A stretch of DNA of 64,000 nt from an uncultured Clostridia bacterium. Lineage in GTDB: Bacteria > Bacillota > Clostridia > TANB77 > CAG-508. Below the pieces are notes generated by a model. It made no database searches. It saw only the letters and a list, made by a program, of their open reading frames with translations, and was not told the origin of the DNA. Below, in pieces: positions 56,658 through 64,000 of the stretch. Numbering within the stretch: the first letter of the stretch is position 1; every line of letters starts with the position of its first letter. Position numbers and translations under genes: made by a program. Location of the stretch: the NCBI GenBank assembly GCA_947626605.1, contig CANQSV010000003.1, positions 68,356 through 132,355 on the forward strand. Reading direction: 5' to 3'.

Positions 56658-57444
56658 ACTTTTTCTTTTTTATTCTTGGTATAAAATTCTCTGTAAACTT
56701 ATATTTATCTCTATGCTTTATATATAAATAACCAAATATTGAGAATGTCAATGCTCCTATAAAATTTACAATTAAATCTTGCATTGTATCATTCAAACCA
56801 ACATCCAAATAGCCACCTTCTATTATAGTTTCATCAAGTTCTCCATTTTTATAAGTATACACTTTTGAAAATTTAATATTTTCAATTTTCTCTGGTTCGT
56901 TAAGACCTTCTTTATTTAGAGAAACAGATTTTATTTGTGTTACTATTGAATCCTTTTGCATATCATGGTTGGTAAAATTGTCTACTCCGTATTCATAAAA
57001 TTCCCATAATACACCTATAGTCATTGAAAAGCTAAATGCTACAAGTGCAACAAAAACACTTGATAGATGAATATGAACTTTATCATTTTGATTTAATATA
57101 TCTACTAGAGAAAAACCTATTCCTGCACATATAAACCCATTTATTGTATGTAGAATTATATCCCAATATGGAAATACTTTATAAAAATAACTAATTTCTC
57201 CTAATATTAAAGATGCATATATGAATAATAATATAATTATTTCTAAAGTATTGGGGATTTCTATATTAAATTTTCTATCTAATATACTGGGTACTAGAAA
57301 TAATAGCAAAGTTAATATGCATAAAAAAACATTATTCCAGTTTTTTAAGAATATTTGAATAATTAATGCTGCTATAACAAGAAATCTTAATATTAAATAG
57401 ACTATTATAACTTTCTTTTTGTTTTTGGCTATATTATCTTTCAA
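56656..57444 (-). CDS. Hypothetical polytopic membrane protein
   Basis: 262 aa with 6-7 TM segments and one ~70 aa soluble loop. No confident family. Confidence 0.6.
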   Translation of the reverse strand: MKDNIAKNKKKVIIVYLILRFLVIAALIIQIFLKNWNNVFLCILTLLLFLVPSILDRKFNIEIPNTLEIIILLFIYASLILGEISYFYKVFPYWDIILHTINGFICAGIGFSLVDILNQNDKVHIHLSSVFVALVAFSFSMTIGVLWEFYEYGVDNFTNHDMQKDSIVTQIKSVSLNKEGLNEPEKIENIKFSKVYTYKNGELDETIIEGGYLDVGLNDTMQDLIVNFIGALTFSIFGYLYIKHRDKYKFTENFIPRIKKKK

Positions 57445-57462
57445 ATTTATCCTCCATCAAAT

Positions 57463-58137
57463 TTAAACTACAAATAAAAGCACACATAAAACATGTAATA
57501 AACTTCCTAAAACACATGCCAAATGAAATATTGAATGCATCCATTTATGCTTTTTGCCCAATCCATATAACAGAGCTCCTATAGTATAAACAATTCCACC
57601 TGATAATAATAGTAAAAAGCCTGTTGTTCCTAATAGTGTTGGTAGTACATTTCCTTTTATAATTATACACCATCCCATTGCTAAATAGCATATCATAGAA
57701 AAAGTCTTGTATTTTTTCAAATCTATAGAATTAAAAACTACACCTAAAGCCGCTAATCCCCAAACAATTCCAAAAATTGACCATCCTAAAGCTGTATTAT
57801 ACTCTCTTAGAGTACACAGTGTAAAAGGTGTATATGAACCTGCGATTAGTAAGAATATTGAACAGTGATCTATAATTTGAAACACTTTCTTTGCCTTTGT
57901 TTTTGGTTTCAATCCATGATAAATACTTGACATTGTGTATAGTGCAATTAGTGTAACTCCAAATATAGCACTTGATACTATTCCATATACATTTCTATGT
58001 ATAGCAGAAAATATAACACATAAAGTTAGGGCAACAATTCCTAATGCACCTCCGACAATGTGAGATACCATATTAAATATTTCTTCACCCTTTGTATATG
58101 TTGGTAGGATTCTATCAGCTAATTTTGTTCTAACCAT
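57463..58137 (-). CDS. Hemolysin III / PAQR family membrane protein
   Basis: 224 aa, 7 TM, with motifs SSIYHG, DHCSIFLLIAGSYTPF and HSIFHL. Confidence 0.88.
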   Translation of the reverse strand: MVRTKLADRILPTYTKGEEIFNMVSHIVGGALGIVALTLCVIFSAIHRNVYGIVSSAIFGVTLIALYTMSSIYHGLKPKTKAKKVFQIIDHCSIFLLIAGSYTPFTLCTLREYNTALGWSIFGIVWGLAALGVVFNSIDLKKYKTFSMICYLAMGWCIIIKGNVLPTLLGTTGFLLLLSGGIVYTIGALLYGLGKKHKWMHSIFHLACVLGSLLHVLCVLLFVV

Positions 58138-58209
58138 ACTAATTCTCCTTAATTAAATATTTTCTTAATGTTATCATATGTAAAAATTTTTTTCAATATA
58201 CATATTAAT

Positions 58210-58236
58210 AAAAACCTGCATTAGATACAGGTTTTT
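58210..58236 (-). terminator. Rho-independent terminator after the hybrid kinase gene
   Basis: AAAAACCTG-cattagata-CAGGTTTTT. Confidence 0.7.
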
Positions 58237-58242
58237 ATTATT

Positions 58243-60879
58243 TTATCCCAAAATTTCTTTTAGTGGTTTTATTAATTGTTTTATATCAATTGGCTTTGCA
58301 ACATGTCCATTCATTCCTGCTTCTTTTGCCAACTTTTTATCTTCTTCAAAAGCATTAGCTGTCATTGCTATTATTGGAATATTAGCAATTTGCTTATTTG
58401 AAAACTTACGAATAGCTCTAGTAGCATCATATCCATTCATAATTGGCATTTGAATATCCATTAGTACTAAATCAAAATACCCAGGTTGTGCATTTTTCAA
58501 AATATCACAAGCCTCTTTTCCATTTTCGGCAGTTTCTACTAGTATTCCAAAATCATTCAGATATTCTGTAGCAATTTCTCGATTCATCATATTATCTTCT
58601 ACAAGAAGTACCCTCTTTCCAGTAAAATCAAATTCTTCTTCGTCTTCTCCGTTCTTTTTTTCTTCTATTTTAAAGGATTTCATTAAAAGACTTCTTATAT
58701 CTGATGGGAATAATGGCTTACTGATAAATTCATTAATACCTGCTTCTTTTGCCTCATCTTCTACCTCTGCCCAATCATATGCTGAAAGAAGAATTATTAT
58801 AGCTTTATCCCCTATTGCTTTTCGAATACGTCTAGCTGTTTCAATACCATTCATATCTGGCATTAACCAATCTACAAAATATACTTCAAATTCATCTTTC
58901 ATTTGTAAAGCTTCTTTAGTACGAACCACTGCTTCTTTACCATACATTGTCCATTCAGACTTTAACCCCAATTGTCTAAGCATATAAGATAAGCTTTGAC
59001 ATGTATTCATATCATCATCTACTACCAAAGCGCGCATTCCTTGTAATTTTTCAATAACTTCTATTTCTCTATGTTCTTCTTGTAATCTAAAATCAAGTGT
59101 AACAGTAATTTCCGTTCCTTTTCCTTCTTTACTATCAATTTTAATAGTTCCACCCATCATATCAACAATCTTTTTAGTTATTGCCATTCCAAGACCAGTT
59201 CCTTGAATCCCACTTACTGTTGAATTACGTTCTCTTGCAAAAGGTTCAAAAATTTCTTTTATAAATTGCTTACTAATTCCAATACCAGTATCTTTTACTT
59301 TAAATTCATATGTTCCATACCCTTTCTTTTCCACTGGCTTTTGCTTAATATGTAATGATATTTTTCCTCCAGGTTGTGTAAATTTAATAGCATTAGATAA
59401 AAGATTTATTAATATTTGATTTACTCTTAATTTATCACAATATATACTCTCATCTGTAATATTTATTGTATCAATCACAAATTCCATCTGTTTTGCATAT
59501 ATATCAGCTTGTACTATATTTCTTATACTATGAAGTATATCAGCAAGATTTTCTTCTTTTTCTTCAATATTTACTTTTCCAGATTCTATTCTGCTCATAT
59601 CAAGAACATCATTAATTAAAGATAATAAATGATCTGATGATTGTTTTATTTTTTCTAGATAATCTTTAACTCTTTCTTTATTATCAATGTGGGTTATTGC
59701 TAGTGAAGTAAATCCCATTATTGCATTCATAGGAGTACGAATATCATGTGACATATTATTTAAGAAAGTGGTTTTTGCTCTATTGGCTTGTTCTGCCATG
59801 GCTAAAGCCGATTTTAATTCGTCTCCATGCTTCATCTCATATTTCATAAGACTTTTTTGTGAACGATTTCTTAGTGCCAATATAACAACCAATATAATTG
59901 CAACTAGAATAGCACCTGCTAAAATTGTAAATAGTTCTAGTAAACTATTTGCTCTATTTTGGAAAAATTCCATAGGAACTGACATAACAAAGTACCATCT
60001 TAAATTTTCCATTGGAGTACACACCATAATTCGGTCTTCATTTTCCAATTCATATTGAAATGAAACAGACTCTCTCGAAGATATCTTATTATATATCTCT
60101 TCTACTGTAATTCCAGATTTTATATCAGCATTTTGCATTATCTCATAGAAATTATTTCTTTCAAAAGATGTGTTCTCTCTTTCTTGATATACTAAATAAT
60201 CGCCTTTAGTATTAATAACACTACTATATCCCTCTCCATTGTAACTATCAATTCTAAGTTCATCAGTTAGTGTGCTTATATCATAATATGTTAAAGCATA
60301 CTTAATTGTATTACCATTTACAAGAAAAGGCTCTTTTAGTTTTTTTCCTATTAATAATATATCTTTATCAGTGTTATTTTTTATATAGCTTATACTTATA
60401 TCTGAATTAACTCTCCTATATACAAACTCTTCATTAGACTCTTCACATAAATCCAACAGTTTTTTTGAGTCTTCCATCTTTTTACTACTTCCAAAAGCTT
60501 TTCCATCTTCTGAAAGCAATACATATTCTATACAAGCTGTTGTTTTTGCTCTAAGATTTAATATATTTAGCATTTCATCAATACTATTTACTTTTAAATT
60601 TTTTATTTCTTCTGCTACACTGTCTATTTCTTCCCATCTATGTTCAATTCCTGATAAAATAGACTTTTCATCATGTTTTGCCAATTCTTCCATATTTTGA
60701 ATTGATGAGTTTATAACTCTTTCATATATAGCTTTTGAACACAAGCTATATATGTACATTATTATGGCAACCATTGCTATAGCTGCAAAAAAAAGAAAAA
60801 TGTTATTTCTTTTTATTTGCTTTTCCCTAACTTTAAAATCCTCATTCATGTTTTTTTTATTCTTTTTCAAATCTATCAC
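58243..60879 (-). CDS. Hybrid sensor histidine kinase (TM-Cache-like sensor-TM, HisKA, HATPase_c, two receiver domains)
   Basis: 878 aa with H-box MSHDIRTPMNAIMGF, N-box LLSNAIKFT and G-boxes DTGIGI / GTGLGMAI. REC1 has VVDDD...VDWLMPDMNG; REC2 has LLVEDN...VLMDIQMPIMNG. Confidence 0.9.
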   Translation of the reverse strand: MIDLKKNKKNMNEDFKVREKQIKRNNIFLFFAAIAMVAIIMYIYSLCSKAIYERVINSSIQNMEELAKHDEKSILSGIEHRWEEIDSVAEEIKNLKVNSIDEMLNILNLRAKTTACIEYVLLSEDGKAFGSSKKMEDSKKLLDLCEESNEEFVYRRVNSDISISYIKNNTDKDILLIGKKLKEPFLVNGNTIKYALTYYDISTLTDELRIDSYNGEGYSSVINTKGDYLVYQERENTSFERNNFYEIMQNADIKSGITVEEIYNKISSRESVSFQYELENEDRIMVCTPMENLRWYFVMSVPMEFFQNRANSLLELFTILAGAILVAIILVVILALRNRSQKSLMKYEMKHGDELKSALAMAEQANRAKTTFLNNMSHDIRTPMNAIMGFTSLAITHIDNKERVKDYLEKIKQSSDHLLSLINDVLDMSRIESGKVNIEEKEENLADILHSIRNIVQADIYAKQMEFVIDTINITDESIYCDKLRVNQILINLLSNAIKFTQPGGKISLHIKQKPVEKKGYGTYEFKVKDTGIGISKQFIKEIFEPFARERNSTVSGIQGTGLGMAITKKIVDMMGGTIKIDSKEGKGTEITVTLDFRLQEEHREIEVIEKLQGMRALVVDDDMNTCQSLSYMLRQLGLKSEWTMYGKEAVVRTKEALQMKDEFEVYFVDWLMPDMNGIETARRIRKAIGDKAIIILLSAYDWAEVEDEAKEAGINEFISKPLFPSDIRSLLMKSFKIEEKKNGEDEEEFDFTGKRVLLVEDNMMNREIATEYLNDFGILVETAENGKEACDILKNAQPGYFDLVLMDIQMPIMNGYDATRAIRKFSNKQIANIPIIAMTANAFEEDKKLAKEAGMNGHVAKPIDIKQLIKPLKEILG

Positions 60880-60890
60880 CCATTTTTCTC

Positions 60891-61958
60891 TTATTTTATT
60901 GATACTTTTGCCACTAAATCATCTTTTGAATGCTCAAGGCATTCTAATAATCTTGGTGAAAAAACACCACAGTCTCCATTATGTATCATTTTTAAAGTTT
61001 CCTCTTGAGAATACGACTCTTTATAAACTCTTTTACTTGTCATAGCATCATAAACATCTACTATTGAAACTATTTGAGCACAAATTGGTATATCTTCGCC
61101 AGCTAGTCCATCCGGATATCCCCTACCATCATATCTTTCATGATGATGTCTGCATATATTATAACAATATTTGTAGAAATCATTTTCTGTTTGCTTAAAT
61201 TTTTCTAACATTTGACAACCATATATTGTATGTTTTTTCATTTCTTCATATTCTTCTGGTGTTAATCTTCCTGGCTTCATCAAAATATTATCTGGTATAG
61301 CTATTTTACCGATATCATGAAGTGCAGACGCACTTACAATCAACTCTATTTGCTCATCTGTGAATTCTTTTTCCCCATATAAAGCTCTCCAATGTTTTAA
61401 TAATATTTTTGTAAATTTTTTTACTCTTTGAATGTGTTCTCCGGACTCTAAACTTCTGAATTCAACAACAGAACTTAATGCATTAATTATAAAATCATTG
61501 TTTTGTTCTAATTTCTTTTTGCTTTCTATTAATTCTTGAGTTCTCATTTCTAATTCTTTTTCAATTGATATTCTATGTTTAAACAATTCTATTATATTTT
61601 TTGCTCTACGAGTGACAACCGCTGGTTCAAATGGCTTATAGATGATATCTGCAGCACCTAATTCATATGCTTTTACATCAGACTCTACAGTTGCTTGTCC
61701 TGTAATCATTATTACAGGAATAGTTTTTAACATCCCCTTTAAAGACATATGTTGCATTACTTCTAATCCATTTTTCTTAGGCATCACTAAATCTAAAAAT
61801 ACTAATACAATTTCTTTTTTGTGTTTATTTAATAAATTAATTGCCTCATCACCATTAGATGCTTCAAGAATTTGATATTTTCCAGTAAATATATCCTTTA
61901 ACATTTCTCTATTAATCATTGCATCATCTACAATAAGTAATGTATCTTTTTCTTCCAT
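60891..61958 (-). CDS. Response regulator with HD-GYP output domain (putative c-di-GMP phosphodiesterase)
   Basis: 355 aa. REC domain (LIVDDA...FLDLVMPKKNG...K). HD-GYP domain with ALHDIGKIAIP and HHERYDGRGYPDGL. Confidence 0.88.
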   Translation of the reverse strand: MEEKDTLLIVDDAMINREMLKDIFTGKYQILEASNGDEAINLLNKHKKEIVLVFLDLVMPKKNGLEVMQHMSLKGMLKTIPVIMITGQATVESDVKAYELGAADIIYKPFEPAVVTRRAKNIIELFKHRISIEKELEMRTQELIESKKKLEQNNDFIINALSSVVEFRSLESGEHIQRVKKFTKILLKHWRALYGEKEFTDEQIELIVSASALHDIGKIAIPDNILMKPGRLTPEEYEEMKKHTIYGCQMLEKFKQTENDFYKYCYNICRHHHERYDGRGYPDGLAGEDIPICAQIVSIVDVYDAMTSKRVYKESYSQEETLKMIHNGDCGVFSPRLLECLEHSKDDLVAKVSIK

Positions 61959-61978
61959 ATTATCATCCTTATCTATTT

Positions 61979-62323
61979 CTACATAATATTTTTTATTGCA
62001 TTAATTACTCTTTCATATTCTTTTTTTACTTCTAAAAACATTTCTTTAGCTTTTTCAAAATTATTTGCTCTCAATTCTTCAGTAATTTCTGAAACTACAA
62101 TACTTAGTTCTGTAAAAGCCATGTTTTGGCAAACACCTTTTAGTGTATGAGCTCCTCTAAAAGCCTCTTCACAATTTTTAGTTGTTATCCCATCTTCTAA
62201 CTGAGTATATGATTCATCCATTAAAAAAAAACCTAAATATTTTTTTATTCTTTCATCATTTTGCATTCTTGAAATTGCTTGTGTGTAGTCTCCACCTATC
62301 TTTTCATACATTTCTTTTACCAT
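61979..62323 (-). CDS. Hpt (histidine phosphotransfer) domain protein
   Basis: 114 aa. The four-helix-bundle Hpt motif GAHTLKGVCQNMAF contains the phosphorylatable His. Confidence 0.82.
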   Translation of the reverse strand: MVKEMYEKIGGDYTQAISRMQNDERIKKYLGFFLMDESYTQLEDGITTKNCEEAFRGAHTLKGVCQNMAFTELSIVVSEITEELRANNFEKAKEMFLEVKKEYERVINAIKNIM

Positions 62324-62416
62324 AAATTTACCTACCTTGATATTTTATATATATAAAGTTATAATAACAATAGGAAAAAGTCAACCAATTTATGTATTAT
62401 ATTTTTATTTTTTTAA

Positions 62417-63727
62417 CTATAGGTAAAAATCTACTATTCTTTTTTTTAAATCATTAAAATTTTTTAACTTCCAAGACCAATTATCTTTACTCATAGTTCC
62501 TGGTACGTTAATTCTTGAACTATCATCTAATCCAAGTATATCTTGAACTGATACTATTGCAATATTTGCTTTACATTTCAAACAGTATTGCATCATACCA
62601 TGATTTACATTTATATTATTACATCCATTATTTCCTAAAAACTTTTTTAAATTTTCTTTGTTATCTTCACTTAAACTTTTATACCAACCATATATTGTTT
62701 GACAGTCATGATTTCCAGGTGCAATTACTACATTTTCAGATTCATTATCTCTATCATATCCGCCATATAAATCAATAGAAAATTGTAGAATTTTTTGTCT
62801 CGTAAAATCGTAATGTTCTCTTAATTTAACTGTTTCTTCCCTTATATCTCCTAAATCTTCAATGATTAAATTATCTTTCGTAATATTTTTTTCTTCAAAC
62901 AATTTATCGAAAAATCCATAACTTACTCCATCTTCATAACATCCAAATTTTCCAGATTTTCTAATAGGAATCTTGTAAAAAGACTCATATCCTCTAAAAT
63001 AATCCACTCTAACTTTATCAAAAAGTTTTAAATAATATTTATATCTATCCACTAAATATTTGAACTTATCTTTTTTTATGTTTTTTATATTATATACATA
63101 ACTTCCCCATTTTTGTCCATCTTCATTAAAATAATCTGGTGGAGTTCCTGCTTCAAAATCGAAATCGTAATATTTAGGATTATATTCAGTTTCAGCAGAT
63201 TCAAAAGGTGGATATGCTGGCATATCTCCAATTACTTTAATACCCTTAGAATTTGCATATATTTTTAATTCCATCCATTGCTTAAAAGCTGTATACTGCA
63301 AAAAAGAATAATATACTTCACTCTTGTTTGTTTTTTTACTCATATATGTACAGTACTTTTTTATCTCTTTATCTCTAGCAAATTCTTTGTACTCATCATT
63401 CTTTTTAAAATTATTAAATGCTTCTTGAAAGTATTTTTCTTTAAAATTACTATTAAGAATTCTATCAGCTGAATTTCTTCTTCTAGTAGCCTTTATTAAG
63501 CCATCAGCTTTTAATTTATCTAGTGAAATATAAGACTCTTCTAAAGCATAATAACTAATTGGAGAATATGGTAGCCCCCTGCAAGCATTTATTGGTAGAA
63601 TCTCCCAATAATCAATTTTATTTTCACTTAAAATATCAATAAATTCATATGCTTCATAACCAAAATCACCAATTCCATACTTAGATGGTAATGAAAAAAT
63701 AGGAAGTAAAATTCCTCTCTGCTTCAT
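62417..63727 (-). CDS. malQ: 4-alpha-glucanotransferase (amylomaltase, GH77)
   Basis: 436 aa with an N-terminal GILLPIFSLPSKYGIGDFG motif, VIGDMPAY, VRVDYFRG and IEDLGD catalytic-region motifs. Shorter than typical MalQ (~500 aa). Confidence 0.85.
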   Translation of the reverse strand: MKQRGILLPIFSLPSKYGIGDFGYEAYEFIDILSENKIDYWEILPINACRGLPYSPISYYALEESYISLDKLKADGLIKATRRRNSADRILNSNFKEKYFQEAFNNFKKNDEYKEFARDKEIKKYCTYMSKKTNKSEVYYSFLQYTAFKQWMELKIYANSKGIKVIGDMPAYPPFESAETEYNPKYYDFDFEAGTPPDYFNEDGQKWGSYVYNIKNIKKDKFKYLVDRYKYYLKLFDKVRVDYFRGYESFYKIPIRKSGKFGCYEDGVSYGFFDKLFEEKNITKDNLIIEDLGDIREETVKLREHYDFTRQKILQFSIDLYGGYDRDNESENVVIAPGNHDCQTIYGWYKSLSEDNKENLKKFLGNNGCNNINVNHGMMQYCLKCKANIAIVSVQDILGLDDSSRINVPGTMSKDNWSWKLKNFNDLKKRIVDFYL

Positions 63728-63904
63728 AATTTTTCTCCTTAGTATATAATTATTTGTATATATTCTAAACTAAATTCATTTAAATATCAATTATTATATA
63801 TTCTTTTATTTGATTTTTTTTAATTACATTATTGTCAATGTTTTCCCTGATTTATCTTGTAAATGGAATATATTCTAAAATAAATCTTCTCTACCTTCTA
63901 TATA

Positions 63905-63932
63905 ATAAACGGGAGACCGATGGTCTCCCCTA
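63905..63932 (-). terminator. Terminator hairpin for a minus-strand gene lying beyond the window end
   Basis: GGGAGACC-gat-GGTCTCCC, followed on the minus strand by GTTTATTAT. Confidence 0.5.
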
Positions 63933-64000
63933 CATTTGTTCTATATTTTGCTGTCATTCTCATAATTTTAAAATTTAATCTAATAAAACAATCTTATTGC

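Noticed and set aside
62223-62231. An A9/T9 homopolymer inside the Hpt gene as a phase-variation switch.
   Set aside because: Runs of 8-9 A/T are frequent throughout this ~25% GC sequence, and there is no evidence of length heterogeneity from a single sequence.
62417-63727. malQ truncation or pseudogene, since it is 436 aa against a typical ~500 aa.
   Set aside because: The ORF is uninterrupted, begins with the canonical GILLPIFSLPS motif and retains the catalytic-region motifs. Short GH77 forms are plausible, and a loss cannot be demonstrated without alignment.

Overview
This is an AT-rich (about 25-27% GC by eye) chromosomal segment from a low-GC Firmicute, Clostridia-like. It carries about 66 genes, and all but five are on the minus strand. 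No database or tool was run; all calls rest on motifs read from the translations and the DNA.

Gene content from left to right:
- Partial PiT phosphate transporter and argS.
- A ~13 kb wall-teichoic-acid/glycopolymer locus (3256-16586): GtrA, two GT-C-like membrane proteins, LCP, split tagH/tagG, a GtrB-like GT2, tagD and three TagF-family enzymes.
- A MacB-type fused ABC transporter, a DUF378 protein, MscS and a CaCA antiporter.
- A CsoR-controlled copper operon (csoR, thioesterase, copZ, copA) and tcdA.
- A small accessory islet holding hicB and a frameshifted hicA.
- A minimal dprA, folD, a ligA operon, pgsA and nifS-nifU.
- T-box-controlled ileS, a DUF4160/DUF2442 pair and a CNNM transporter.
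- A three-gene uncharacterised ABC system behind a ykkC-like leader.
- A YiiX-like hydrolase, a DUF4116 protein, a second ABC-2 system and a CAP-domain surface protein.
- An RluA-family pseudouridine synthase, RNase P RNA (rnpB) and der-plsY-gpsA.
- A COG2509-like FAD protein and a compositionally foreign orphan gene.
- A hemolysin-III protein, an Hpt / REC-HD-GYP / hybrid-kinase phosphorelay operon, and malQ.

No CRISPR array, IS element, prophage, rRNA or tRNA was seen.

Most interesting observations:
1. A 114-nt conserved non-coding core occurs twice (26716-26829 and 42413-42526, 111/114 identical). Each copy is nested inside a copy-specific inverted repeat, and the two copies differ by a compensatory stem substitution. 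One copy sits inside an ABC operon.
2. A ~45% GC orphan gene with a strong host-like promoter lies in a ~25% GC background (56223-56657).
3. hicA is inactivated by a 1-nt frameshift while hicB is intact.
4. A ykkC-family-like riboswitch candidate lies upstream of an uncharacterised ABC transporter.
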